The notes under the pieces were generated by a model. The model did not search any database, was not told the origin of the DNA, and saw nothing but the letters and a program-made list of their open reading frames with translations. From Bacteroidota bacterium (GTDB taxonomy: Bacteria; Bacteroidota; Bacteroidia; Flavobacteriales; Flavobacteriaceae), in assembly GCA_036340635.1 (NCBI GenBank), contig JAYYYF010000022.1:13134-77133 (forward strand): DNA of 64,000 nucleotides, read 5' to 3'. Every line of letters starts with the position of its first letter. Within the stretch, counting starts at the first letter, position 1. Of this stretch, positions 46,619 through 56,702 are shown one piece after another. Position numbers and translations under genes: made by a program.

Positions 46619-47219
46619 CTCCTATTCTTAGTTTATTTTTTTCTAAAAAGGTGAGCCCTTTTTTGGTTACTATTGCCCTTAAATGATAATCAATATAGCT
46701 TTCCAATAAGTTTAATATTTTAAAATTTTTCGGAGGAAATAGCTCTATATTTCTTACTCCTTGTAGACCATTTATATATATTCTAGAAAGAAACCTAGGG
46801 CTTATAGATTTTCTGAAGAACCCCATTTTAATTCCTTCTATCAGGTTGTTTTCAAAATTACCAAGCATTGTTTCAAATTCTTTTTTCTTTATTTCTGCAA
46901 AAATTTTTGGATAATATTTTTGAAGTTGATATCTCTGGGATTCATTATCCTTGTTTAGAAATTCAAAAGCAACTTTTTTGATTTCATAGAGTGAAATTAT
47001 AGGATTCTTAGTTTTCTTTTGAACAGACAAAACCTTTAAATTAACATCTTTGAATATTTTAAAAATACCCGCCCTAACCAAATCAGTTTTATTTTTAAAA
47101 TGAGTGTAAATTGTTTTTTTTGAAATTGACATTTCACTTGCGATATCATCCATAGTAACATTTTTACATCCATATTGTAAGAAAAGTGAGGAGGCGTTAT
47201 TTATAATTTCTTTTTTCAT
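46608..47219 (-). CDS. TetR/AcrR-family transcriptional regulator (first gene of the efflux operon)
   Basis: HTH region FLQYGCKNVTMDDIASEMSISKKTIYTHFKNK. Confidence 0.9.
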   Translation of the reverse strand: MKKEIINNASSLFLQYGCKNVTMDDIASEMSISKKTIYTHFKNKTDLVRAGIFKIFKDVNLKVLSVQKKTKNPIISLYEIKKVAFEFLNKDNESQRYQLQKYYPKIFAEIKKKEFETMLGNFENNLIEGIKMGFFRKSISPRFLSRIYINGLQGVRNIELFPPKNFKILNLLESYIDYHLRAIVTKKGLTFLEKNKLRIGDEN

Positions 47220-47305
47220 TTGTTGGCGAATTTAATAAAGAAACTATTAAAACAATAAAAGTTTCCAAAGTTTTTTTTACTTTTCCTAAAATATATTTTA
47301 ACTCA

Positions 47306-48289
47306 ATGCAGGATTTTTTTAAGACTTACCAAGGATTATTTAATGAACACTTAAATAATTTTAAAATAAATGAATCTCCTAAGAATTTATATGACCCGAT
47401 TAGATATTTGATTAATATAAAGGGAAAGCAAATAAGACCTGTCCTTACTTTATTAGCTGCGGACACATTTGGTCTTAATCCAAAGCAAGCACTTGACGCA
47501 GCTTTGTCAGTAGAAATATTTCATAATTTCACATTAGTTCATGATGACATAATGGATGATGCTTCTTTGCGAAGAGGTCATACTACAGTTCATAATAAGT
47601 GGGATTTAAATACCGCTATCTTATCAGGAGATGCAATGCTAATTCAAGCGTATAGAGTTCTTCAGAATTATCCTGATCCTCTTTTTAAAAAATTATTCCA
47701 ATTGCTAAATAAAACTGCAGGGGATGTTTGTGAAGGACAACAATACGATTTAGATTTTGAAAAAAACAATCAGTTGAATTTCGATGATTATATTGATATG
47801 ATTAGATTAAAAACAGCTATTTTGCTTGGTTGTTCTTTAAAAATGGGAGCAATTATAGGTGGAGCAAATAAAGTAGATTGTAAGTTGATTAATGATTTTG
47901 GAATTGATATGGGAATAGCCTTCCAGCTTCAAGATGATTACCTGGATTCATTTGGGGATTCAAAAATTTTTGGAAAAAAAATTGGGGGTGACATTATGAA
48001 GAATAAGAAAACTATATTGTATCACTTGGTTTTAAAAAATGGAAAGTTAGATCATCAAAAAAAGATTAAAAAAATTATGGAGGCGGTTGGTGAGAGCAAT
48101 AATTTTGAAGACAAAATTTTTGAGGCGAATAAAATTTATGTTGAATCAGGATCGAAAAAAAGTACAAGAGAGATGATCAATTTTTATTCTGAAAGAGCCC
48201 GCAAAAAAATAGAATTATTGACTATTAATCAAGAAAAAAAGAAAATTTTCATAGACCTTATCGAATTGTTAATGAATAGAGAAAAATAA
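47306..48289 (+). CDS. Polyprenyl diphosphate synthase (GGPP/FPP synthase family)
   Basis: FARM motif LVHDDIMDD and SARM motif FQLQDDYLD. Confidence 0.9.
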   Translation: MQDFFKTYQGLFNEHLNNFKINESPKNLYDPIRYLINIKGKQIRPVLTLLAADTFGLNPKQALDAALSVEIFHNFTLVHDDIMDDASLRRGHTTVHNKWDLNTAILSGDAMLIQAYRVLQNYPDPLFKKLFQLLNKTAGDVCEGQQYDLDFEKNNQLNFDDYIDMIRLKTAILLGCSLKMGAIIGGANKVDCKLINDFGIDMGIAFQLQDDYLDSFGDSKIFGKKIGGDIMKNKKTILYHLVLKNGKLDHQKKIKKIMEAVGESNNFEDKIFEANKIYVESGSKKSTREMINFYSERARKKIELLTINQEKKKIFIDLIELLMNREK

Positions 48290-48291
48290 GT

Positions 48292-49446
48292 TTACTTAAG
48301 TTTAAAAATTCTTTTAAAAAACGCAGTGATAAACAAAAAAAATGGGAAGGAACTTATAATTTTAAGTTCTTGCCAAAAATTGCTTTTATCATCTAAGAAT
48401 TTAAAGATAATTTCAGGTTTGTTTTTTTGAAACATTTTTTTGAAAAGTTTACTGCCTATTGAATTGTTTTTTGAAAGCACGTCTAAAAAAATTAGATCAT
48501 AAAACCAAAATCTAGTCACTGTATTAAATTTGCTTAGTGGTTTTTCTTTCTTTATATAAGATATTAGTTGTTTGGTCTTTTCATTGATTCTAGAGAAAGT
48601 ATAACCAGTGCTCGCTTTTGTCCAACCACCTGCAGTTCCAATATATAAAAGATTATCAGTGTTTAAATTATCAAATCTGAAACAGGTCATCGGAATTTGC
48701 CCTTTTTCCTTTTCAAGAATTTTATAACCTCCGGTATTAATACTTTTTAGATAATTTTTTATTTCATTAAGATACTCTTCTTCTGGTAACAAAATTTTAG
48801 AAAAAAGAGTATATTCAATAAGTGCTTTTTTACTTGATTCAGGAAGAACATAAACAAATCTTGTTTCATTTTTTTGTGGCAAGTCAAAATTCATAAAACC
48901 AATCTTTCCACTATCAAAGCATTGGTTTTTAGTTTCAACTATACAGCCAACAAAGTGTTGGATAAGAACAGGAAATTTTTTCTGGGTTTTAAGAATTTCT
49001 GGATCATAAATACTTGAAAAAATTTTGCCCCCTTCATAACTTTTCTTATTCGTAGTAACAAGGTTTAGTTTGGGGTCAATTTTTAAAACTTTTTCTCTAA
49101 CCTGATTTAATTGGGGATAGGGTTTTAATTTCTTCTGAATAAAAGAGTAGAAATCTTTACTTTTGACCATCTTATATTTAAATGGATCAAATGAAAAATC
49201 TAATTTATAATCCTGAGCTTTAAATTCTCCATCGTTCCATTTATTGCATATGATTTCTTCATAATCTCCCTCTCCTTGTTCCCAAAAACACCAAGTTCTA
49301 TCATTAATATCCTTTTTATCTTTTTCTATTAATAGAATTGATTTGTTATTAAAGTAATTGTCATTACACATTTTTAAAGCCAATGAAAGACCAGAAGCCC
49401 CTCCTCCGCAAATTATATAGTCAAATTTTTTTTTATTAGTGGACAT
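48292..49446 (-). CDS. crtY: Lycopene cyclase family protein (CrtY-like)
   Basis: N-terminal FAD/NAD fold DYIICGGGASGLSLA, about 384 aa, with a layout typical of the flavobacterial lycopene beta-cyclase family. Family-level call only. Confidence 0.65.
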   Translation of the reverse strand: MSTNKKKFDYIICGGGASGLSLALKMCNDNYFNNKSILLIEKDKKDINDRTWCFWEQGEGDYEEIICNKWNDGEFKAQDYKLDFSFDPFKYKMVKSKDFYSFIQKKLKPYPQLNQVREKVLKIDPKLNLVTTNKKSYEGGKIFSSIYDPEILKTQKKFPVLIQHFVGCIVETKNQCFDSGKIGFMNFDLPQKNETRFVYVLPESSKKALIEYTLFSKILLPEEEYLNEIKNYLKSINTGGYKILEKEKGQIPMTCFRFDNLNTDNLLYIGTAGGWTKASTGYTFSRINEKTKQLISYIKKEKPLSKFNTVTRFWFYDLIFLDVLSKNNSIGSKLFKKMFQKNKPEIIFKFLDDKSNFWQELKIISSFPFFLFITAFFKRIFKLK

Positions 49447-49520
49447 ATATACTTTTCAATTTTTAATTTAGATTGGTTTTAACCATTTTAAAAACTAAAT
49501 TAGCGCCTAAAAATTTAAAG

Positions 49521-50336
49521 ATGCAATCGATTTTTGATTTTTTTTCTGGGATACATCCAATTACAGGTGCTCTTTATGCAACTCTATTCACGTGGGGAGT
49601 AACTGCTTTAGGAGCGTCTTTTGTGTTTCTTTTTAGATCTATGAATAGGGCTTTTTTAGATGGCATGCTTGGTTTTACTGGAGGTGTGATGGTTGCTGCA
49701 AGCTTTTGGAGTCTACTTTCTCCAGCAATTGAGATGAGTGAGGGAGAAGGCTTTTATAAAGTTTTTCCTGCAGCAATAGGATTTTTATTAGGAGCTCTTT
49801 TTATTTTTGGACTAGACAAAGTTTTGCCTCACCTGCATATCAATTTTAAAGAATCTGAGGGGATAAAAACACCTTGGCATAGAACGACACTTTTAGCTTT
49901 AGCAATTACTTTACATAATATTCCAGAAGGATTAGCAGTTGGAGTTTTATTTGGGGGTGTAGCTGCTGGAATTCCTGAAGCATCCATTAGTGGCGCAGTA
50001 ATATTGGCTTTAGGTATTGGGATTCAAAATTTCCCAGAAGGCATAGCTATTGCAGTTCCTCTTAGACGTCAAGGTGCTAGTAGATTTAAATCTTTTTGGT
50101 ATGGTCAGATGTCCGCAATAGTTGAGCCTATTTTTGGAGTTTTAGGAGCTGTTGCAGTAACTTTCTTCACTCCTATTTTACCTTATGCACTTGCGTTTGC
50201 AGCAGGGGCAATGATTTTTGTTGTTGTTGAAGAAGTCATCCCAGAAACTCAGCTTGATAAGTATACAGATATTGCAGCTTTGGGTTTTGTTGGAGGTTTT
50301 ATAATTATGATGACTTTAGATGTCGCCTTAGGATAA
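49521..50336 (+). CDS. ZIP-family divalent metal transporter (ZupT-like)
   Basis: Multi-TM protein with HNIPEGLAVG and QNFPEGIA motifs. Start at ATG 49521. Confidence 0.9.
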   Translation: MQSIFDFFSGIHPITGALYATLFTWGVTALGASFVFLFRSMNRAFLDGMLGFTGGVMVAASFWSLLSPAIEMSEGEGFYKVFPAAIGFLLGALFIFGLDKVLPHLHINFKESEGIKTPWHRTTLLALAITLHNIPEGLAVGVLFGGVAAGIPEASISGAVILALGIGIQNFPEGIAIAVPLRRQGASRFKSFWYGQMSAIVEPIFGVLGAVAVTFFTPILPYALAFAAGAMIFVVVEEVIPETQLDKYTDIAALGFVGGFIIMMTLDVALG

Positions 50337-50339
50337 AAT

Positions 50340-51374
50340 TTAAAAATTTTTCCATCCTTGTGCTTCTAGCTTTATTTTTTGATTTAAGATATTTTCTATA
50401 AAACAACCCTTTGTTTTCTTTGTCATATGGCCAATAGCGGAGACTAGATTATTTTTCTTGATTTTTTCATAATCTTTTTGGCTAATAGTGAATAGAAGTT
50501 CATAATCCTCCCCACCATTAAGTGCAGCAGTTGTAGAGTTGAATTTAAATTCTTGAGCTGTATTTTTCACTTCTTGGTCAATCGGGATTTTTTCCTCATA
50601 TATAGAACATCCAAGTTTGGATGCTTTAGACAGATGAAGAATCTCAGAAGATAATCCATCACTTATATCAATCATTGATGTAGGTATTATATCAAGTTGA
50701 TCTAAAACTTCAATAACATCTTTTCTTGATTCAGGCTTAAGTTGTCTTTCAATACAATAAGAATATTTTGACAAATCTGGTTGAGATTGAGGGTTAACTT
50801 TAAAAACAGCTTTTTCACGCTCTAAAACTTGTAATCCCATATAAGCACCACCAAGATCACCACTAACCATTAAAATATCATTTTCATTAGCGCCGCTTCG
50901 ATAAGTTATTTTTTCCTTTGAGGCCTGTCCTACAGCAGTTATTGAAATTGTTAAGCCTTGGACACTACTTGATGTATCTCCTCCAACAAGATCAACTTTG
51001 AAATTTTTGCAGGCAAGAGAGATTCCAGAATAAAGTTCTTCCAACGAGTCTAGATTAAAGCGATTTGAAACAGCTATTGAAACAGTTATTTGATTAGCAG
51101 TTGCATTCATTGCATAAATGTCTGAAAGATTCACTACTACTGCTTTGTATCCTAAATGCTTTAAAGGCATGTAGGACAAGTCAAAATGAATTCCTTCAAT
51201 TAGTAAATCTGTGCTTAATACAGTAAGATCTTCATTCAATTTCAAAACAGCACCATCATCTCCAACCCCTTTTAAACTACTTTTTTGGGTAAGACTAAAA
51301 TTTTTTGTTAAATGTTCAATTAATTTAAACTCTCCATAATCTGAAAGAGGTGTGCGATTTTTATTTTCAAACAT
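50340..51374 (-). CDS. thiL: Thiamine-monophosphate kinase
   Basis: GEFKLIEHL, GVGDDGAVL, LIEGIHFDL, GGD.S and GGEDYELLFT motifs. Start at ATG 51374. Confidence 0.9.
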   Translation of the reverse strand: MFENKNRTPLSDYGEFKLIEHLTKNFSLTQKSSLKGVGDDGAVLKLNEDLTVLSTDLLIEGIHFDLSYMPLKHLGYKAVVVNLSDIYAMNATANQITVSIAVSNRFNLDSLEELYSGISLACKNFKVDLVGGDTSSSVQGLTISITAVGQASKEKITYRSGANENDILMVSGDLGGAYMGLQVLEREKAVFKVNPQSQPDLSKYSYCIERQLKPESRKDVIEVLDQLDIIPTSMIDISDGLSSEILHLSKASKLGCSIYEEKIPIDQEVKNTAQEFKFNSTTAALNGGEDYELLFTISQKDYEKIKKNNLVSAIGHMTKKTKGCFIENILNQKIKLEAQGWKNF

Positions 51375-51432
51375 TAATATGATAATTTTGCATGGCGCAA
51401 TATAGTTTCTTCTTTGCAAAACAATATCTTTA

Positions 51433-52698
51433 ATGAAATTATTTTTGGTGAAGTTTTATCAATTAATATTATGTTCCCTAGTTCTTTTTTCTTGCACAAG
51501 AGGTGAAATTGGATTTAGAGGAGACTATGATGAGTTTATAGATGAAAATCAATCTGGATTAGATCCTAATTCTGAAATTAAAAAAGCACCATGTGAAAAT
51601 GGTTTTGCAGGGGAATACCCATGTAAAGGATATGATCTAATTGCTCATTTATCCTTATCAGATTTTGAAAGTGAAGGTGGTAATGATAGCTGGGGTTGGA
51701 TAGATTCTCAGAGTCAAAAGGAATATGTTTTAATGGGACTTGATGATGGTACAGGATTTGTAGACATTAGCGATCCTGAAAACCCAATTTTTCTTGGGAA
51801 ATTATTAAGCGCTACATCAAAAAGCATTTGGCGTGACATAAAAGTTTATAATGATCATGCATTTATTGTTAGTGAGGCTGAAAATCATGGATTGCAGGTG
51901 TTTGATTTAAAAAAATTAAGAGGTTTGGAGGGAAGAAAAAATTTTGAATCAGATGCAACCCTAAATACTTTTGGGAATGCTCATAACATAGCGATAAATG
52001 AAGAAAGCGGATATGCATATGTTGTTGGAACCTCGAGAGCTAATGATTATAATGGAGGAGTACATTTTATTGACATTTCTAATCCTACAAATCCAATTGA
52101 GGTAGGAGGATATGGAGGTGATGGATATAGTCACGATGCTCACGTTGTAAACTATATAGGCCCTGATTCTGATTATAAAGAAAAGGAGATTTTTGTGGGG
52201 AGTAATGAAAGCAAACTTGTTTTTGTAGATGTTACAGATAAAGAAAATCCAATTTCAATTTCTTCTCTTGAATATGAAAACGTAGCATATACTCACCAGG
52301 GATGGTTCACCGAGGATCATGAATATTTCATTTTTGGAGATGAGGCAGATGAATTACAAAGAGGGGGGAACACCAGGACAATAATTGTTGATGTCAAAGA
52401 CTTGGACGATCCTAAGGTTCACCATTTCTATTATGGCCCGACACCAGCAATTGACCATAATGGATACGTTAAGGGAGATACATTTTTCTTAGCAAATTAT
52501 ACTTCGGGGATAAGAATAATTGACATAAGTGGTGTCTCTGATAAGGAAATGGAGGAGACAGGATTTTTTGATACTTATCCAACTAATAACTCAACATCTT
52601 TTAATGGTGTTTGGAGTATATATCCATATTTTGAGAGTGGTATAATCTCTATAAGTGATTCAAATTCGGGATTATTTTTGGTGAAAAAATCAGAATAG
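51433..52698 (+). CDS. Secreted LVIVD-repeat / choice-of-anchor-B-like beta-propeller protein
   Basis: Lipoprotein-like signal LFSCTRG. Motifs GGNDSWGW.D...KEYVLMG...G..FVDISDP.NP and HGLQVFDL. Family assignment is by resemblance only. Confidence 0.6.
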   Translation: MKLFLVKFYQLILCSLVLFSCTRGEIGFRGDYDEFIDENQSGLDPNSEIKKAPCENGFAGEYPCKGYDLIAHLSLSDFESEGGNDSWGWIDSQSQKEYVLMGLDDGTGFVDISDPENPIFLGKLLSATSKSIWRDIKVYNDHAFIVSEAENHGLQVFDLKKLRGLEGRKNFESDATLNTFGNAHNIAINEESGYAYVVGTSRANDYNGGVHFIDISNPTNPIEVGGYGGDGYSHDAHVVNYIGPDSDYKEKEIFVGSNESKLVFVDVTDKENPISISSLEYENVAYTHQGWFTEDHEYFIFGDEADELQRGGNTRTIIVDVKDLDDPKVHHFYYGPTPAIDHNGYVKGDTFFLANYTSGIRIIDISGVSDKEMEETGFFDTYPTNNSTSFNGVWSIYPYFESGIISISDSNSGLFLVKKSE

Positions 52699-54060
52699 AT
52701 GAAAGATCTTTTTTTTGTCTTTTTAATATTGTTTTTTTTGAGCTGCGACGATCAGCTAATATCTGATTGGCAAGTCCCTGAATTTTTTGAAGGAGAAAAT
52801 CTTTGGGTAAGAGTTTATGGAGGTAGTGATGAAGATATTGCTCATTCAATCATTGAGACCAATGATGGCGGATTTGCAGTTTTAGGAAACACAAAAAGTA
52901 TAGATGGGGATATATCAGGAAGGAGTAATTCCGATAGGGATTGGTTTTTCTTAAAACTTGATCAGAATGGAGATATTTTGTGGAAAAAAGTTTATGGAGG
53001 ATCAGGAGATGATCATGGCCATTCTGTTATTCAAACTCAAGATGGAGGATATATTTTACTTGGATATACTAGCAGTAAGGATGGAGATGTTAATCCAAAC
53101 GATGGTTTTGATGATATTAAACTAAATGGAAATCCACATGATAACTGGATAATAAAAATCGATCAATTTGGGAATATAATTTGGGAGGATGTTTATGGAT
53201 TTAAAGGGCATGACCATGCTTATTCTATTATCCCAACTATGGATGGAGGTTATTTTTTCAATGGGTTTTTGGATGTTACTGCTTCTCAAGGAGCAGGAGA
53301 TGATTATGTTGGATTAAAAAAAAATCATGGGGTTGGAGAGTTTTGGTGCCATAAAATCGATCAAAACGGTAATTTACAGTGGAGAAAATATTATGGGGGT
53401 ACAAATAATGATAGATCATATGATGCAATTGAGACAGAGGAAGGAAATTTTTTAATTGTAGGGACTTCAGAAAGTCTTGATGTTGATATTTCTAATCCAA
53501 AGGGGAGTTATGATGTTTGGGCTATTCTTGTTAATTCAAAAGGAGAAATGATTTGGGAAAATTCATTTGGAGGAAGTGGAATTGATCAAGCTAAAGCTGT
53601 AATTAAAGATTTCAATAGTAACTATAAAATTATTGGCAGTTCATTTAGTCAAGACAAAGATGTTTCTAATCCAAAGGGGAGCTCAGATATATGGTTAGTT
53701 ACTATAGATAAATTTGGAAACCTTGTAAGTGAAATTAGTTTTGGCGGATCAGATTTTGATTCAGGGATGGCTTTAGTTGAAAGTTTTGACAAAAGTATTT
53801 TTTTAATTGGACATTCTAGAAGTTCTGATATTGATTTCACTTATAATTCAGGGAAAAATGACATTGTATTGGTCCATATTAGTCCAGGGGGAGAATTAAT
53901 AGAAACTTTTTTGCTAGGGGGTAGCAATGATGATATAGGACATGATATAATTCAGACTTCAAAAGGAGAAATTGTAATTGTTGGTGAAACAATGAGTCAA
54001 AACAATGATTTTTCAAACACTAAAGGGGGCATTGATATAGTTGTTAGTAAGTGGCGATAA
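52699..54060 (+). CDS. Lipoprotein built from about seven tandem repeats of about 55 aa (probable beta-propeller)
   Basis: Lipobox FFLSCDD. The unit W..vYGGs..D.a.siI.T.DGGy...G.t.S.DGDis...G..D.w..KiD..G recurs seven times. Confidence 0.6.
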   Translation: MKDLFFVFLILFFLSCDDQLISDWQVPEFFEGENLWVRVYGGSDEDIAHSIIETNDGGFAVLGNTKSIDGDISGRSNSDRDWFFLKLDQNGDILWKKVYGGSGDDHGHSVIQTQDGGYILLGYTSSKDGDVNPNDGFDDIKLNGNPHDNWIIKIDQFGNIIWEDVYGFKGHDHAYSIIPTMDGGYFFNGFLDVTASQGAGDDYVGLKKNHGVGEFWCHKIDQNGNLQWRKYYGGTNNDRSYDAIETEEGNFLIVGTSESLDVDISNPKGSYDVWAILVNSKGEMIWENSFGGSGIDQAKAVIKDFNSNYKIIGSSFSQDKDVSNPKGSSDIWLVTIDKFGNLVSEISFGGSDFDSGMALVESFDKSIFLIGHSRSSDIDFTYNSGKNDIVLVHISPGGELIETFLLGGSNDDIGHDIIQTSKGEIVIVGETMSQNNDFSNTKGGIDIVVSKWR

Positions 54061-54119
54061 ATTTCTTCAAACACCTATTTTATTTAACTAAAACGTACAA
54101 AAAAGTCCCAAAATAGAAA

Positions 54120-54127
54120 TATATTTG
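54120..54127 (+). promoter_or_regulatory. Candidate -7 promoter box (TAnnTTTG) for the suf operon
   Basis: TATATTTG lies 27 nt upstream of the sufA-like ATG. Confidence 0.4.
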
Positions 54128-54154
54128 CAAAAGATTTAATCTATAAAGTAAATT

Positions 54155-54484
54155 ATGGTTAAGGTTTCTATTTCTGCTAAAGCAAAGGTTTCGCAGCTTA
54201 TGAATGAAGAAGGATTTGATCCTACAAAGGACTTTGTCCGTGTTGGTGTTAAAAGCGGAGGATGTTCAGGCCTTTCATATGAATTAAAATTTGACAAAGA
54301 CAAGGATTCTGCAGATAAACTTTTTGAGGACAATAAGGTCAGGATTTTGGTAGACAAAAAAAGTTTGTTATATCTAGTTGGGACAACTTTAGATTATAGT
54401 GGAGGACTCAATGGTAAAGGATTTGTTTTTAGAAATCCCAATGCAAACAGAACTTGTGGTTGTGGGGAGAGCTTTTCACTTTAA
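54155..54484 (+). CDS. sufA: HesB/IscA-family iron-sulfur cluster insertion protein (SufA-like)
   Basis: GGCSGLSY and C-terminal CGCGESF motifs. Confidence 0.9.
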   Translation: MVKVSISAKAKVSQLMNEEGFDPTKDFVRVGVKSGGCSGLSYELKFDKDKDSADKLFEDNKVRILVDKKSLLYLVGTTLDYSGGLNGKGFVFRNPNANRTCGCGESFSL

Positions 54485-54495
54485 AATTAAATTTT

Positions 54496-55941
54496 ATGGC
54501 CTATACAGAAGAGCAGTTAAAAAAGGAACTTGAGAATAAGGAATATGAGTATGGTTTTTATACTGATATTGATTCTGAAACTTTTCCAAAAGGTCTTGAT
54601 GATAAAATTGTTACTCAGATTTCAAAAAAGAAAGGTGAGCCTAGCTGGATGACTGAATGGAGATTGGATGCCTATAAAATATGGAAAGAGATGGAAGAGC
54701 CAGATTGGGTTAATGTAAAATATAAAAAACCTGATTTCCAATCTATTTCATATTATTCGGCACCTAAGAAAAAAAGTAAATACAAAAGTTTAGATGAAGT
54801 TGACCCTGAGTTATTAGTAACTTTTAAAAAATTAGGAATTTCAATCGAAGAACAAAAAAGACTAACAGGAGTTGCTGTTGACATTGTAATGGATTCTGTC
54901 TCAGTTGCAACAACATTTAGAGAATCTCTTGAGAAAGAAGGAATAATTTTTTGTTCAATATCTGAAGCTATTCAGAAATATCCTCAACTAGTTAAAAAAT
55001 ATATTGGGACAGTTGTTCCTAAGAAAGACAATTTTTATGCAGCTCTTAATTCGGCAGTATTTTCTGACGGATCCTTCTGTTATATACCAAAAGGTGTTCG
55101 TTGTCCTATGGAATTGTCTACTTATTTTAGAATTAATCAGGCCGGTACGGGTCAATTTGAGAGAACTTTAGTGATTGCTGATGAATCTAGTTATGTTAGT
55201 TATTTGGAAGGATGTACAGCTCCGGCAAGAGATGAAAACCAATTACACGCTGCAGTTGTAGAGCTTGTAGCTTTGGACAAAGCAGAAATAAAATATTCTA
55301 CAGTTCAAAATTGGTTTCCTGGAGATAAAAATGGAAAAGGAGGAGTCTTTAATTTTGTCACAAAGAGAGGATTATGCCATAATCATTCCAAAATTTCTTG
55401 GACTCAAGTAGAAACAGGATCTGCGGTTACCTGGAAGTATCCTTCTTGTATTTTAAAAGGGGATAATTCTATAGGAGAATTTTATTCTATAGCATTGACA
55501 AATAATTTTCAACAAGCTGACACAGGAACAAAAATGATCCATTTGGGGAATAACACTAAAAGTACTATAATTTCTAAAGGTATTTGTGCTGGGAAATCAC
55601 AAAGTAGTTACAGAGGATTAGTTCAAGTTTCGCCAAGAGCAAAAAATGCCCGGAATTTTTCTCAGTGTGATTCTCTCTTGATGGGGAATAGTTGTGGATC
55701 CCATACTTTCCCATACATTGAAGCTCGCAATAACTCTGCCCAAATAGAGCATGAAGCGACAACAAGTAAAATAGGTGAAGACCAAATATTTTATTGTAAT
55801 CAAAGAGGTATAGATACCGAAAAAGCAATTGCACTAATTGTTAATGGCTTTAGTAAAGAGGTTTTGAATAAATTGCCAATGGAGTTTGCTGTCGAGGCTC
55901 AAAAATTATTAGAAATATCTTTAGAGGGTTCAGTTGGATAA
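54496..55941 (+). CDS. sufB: Fe-S cluster assembly protein SufB
   Basis: [10 protein letters not shown].., SYLEGCTAP and HTFPYIE.. regions are typical of SufB. Start at ATG 54496. Confidence 0.97.
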   Translation: MAYTEEQLKKELENKEYEYGFYTDIDSETFPKGLDDKIVTQISKKKGEPSWMTEWRLDAYKIWKEMEEPDWVNVKYKKPDFQSISYYSAPKKKSKYKSLDEVDPELLVTFKKLGISIEEQKRLTGVAVDIVMDSVSVATTFRESLEKEGIIFCSISEAIQKYPQLVKKYIGTVVPKKDNFYAALNSAVFSDGSFCYIPKGVRCPMELSTYFRINQAGTGQFERTLVIADESSYVSYLEGCTAPARDENQLHAAVVELVALDKAEIKYSTVQNWFPGDKNGKGGVFNFVTKRGLCHNHSKISWTQVETGSAVTWKYPSCILKGDNSIGEFYSIALTNNFQQADTGTKMIHLGNNTKSTIISKGICAGKSQSSYRGLVQVSPRAKNARNFSQCDSLLMGNSCGSHTFPYIEARNNSAQIEHEATTSKIGEDQIFYCNQRGIDTEKAIALIVNGFSKEVLNKLPMEFAVEAQKLLEISLEGSVG

Positions 55942-55952
55942 AACAAATTGAC

Positions 55953-56699
55953 ATGTTAAAAATAAAAAATCTTAGTGCCAAAGTTGACGGCAAAACTATT
56001 TTAAAAGGAATAAATTTAGAGGTAAAACCTGGTGAAGTTCATGCCATAATGGGACCGAATGGTTCTGGGAAGAGTACTTTAGCTTCTGTTATAGCTGGGC
56101 ATGAAGACTATGAGATAGTTAAAGGGGCTATTTCTTTTCTAGGAGAAGATCTCACGGGAATGGATGCAGAATCTAGATCACACAAGGGAATTTTTCTTTC
56201 TTTTCAATACCCTGTTGAAATACCTGGTGTTAGTGTAACAAATTTTATAAAAACAGCTATAAATGCAACTAGGAAAGCACAAGGGCTTGATGATATGCCT
56301 GCAAATGAAATGTTGAAAAAGATTAGAGAAGTATCTAATTTATTTGATATTGATTCAAAATTTCTTTCTCGATCTTTAAATGAGGGATTTTCTGGTGGCG
56401 AAAAAAAACGAAATGAAATTTTCCAGATGGCTATGATTGAACCTAAGCTGGCTGTTCTTGATGAAACTGATTCAGGATTGGACATTGATGCTTTAAAGGT
56501 TGTTGCTAATGGAGTAAACAAATTTAGAAGTAAAGACAATGCAATAATTTTAATCACTCACTATCAAAGGTTGTTAGAATATATTGTCCCAGATTTTGTG
56601 CATGTGATTTTTGATGGGAAAACCGTAAAATCAGGATCAAAAAAATTAGCAATGGATCTTGAATCTAAAGGATATGATTGGATAAAAGAAAAGGCTTAA
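55953..56699 (+). CDS. sufC: Fe-S cluster assembly ATPase SufC
   Basis: Walker A GPNGSGKST, signature FSGGEKKR and Walker B LAVLDETDSGLD. Confidence 0.97.
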   Translation: MLKIKNLSAKVDGKTILKGINLEVKPGEVHAIMGPNGSGKSTLASVIAGHEDYEIVKGAISFLGEDLTGMDAESRSHKGIFLSFQYPVEIPGVSVTNFIKTAINATRKAQGLDDMPANEMLKKIREVSNLFDIDSKFLSRSLNEGFSGGEKKRNEIFQMAMIEPKLAVLDETDSGLDIDALKVVANGVNKFRSKDNAIILITHYQRLLEYIVPDFVHVIFDGKTVKSGSKKLAMDLESKGYDWIKEKA

Positions 56700-56702
56700 T
56701 TA

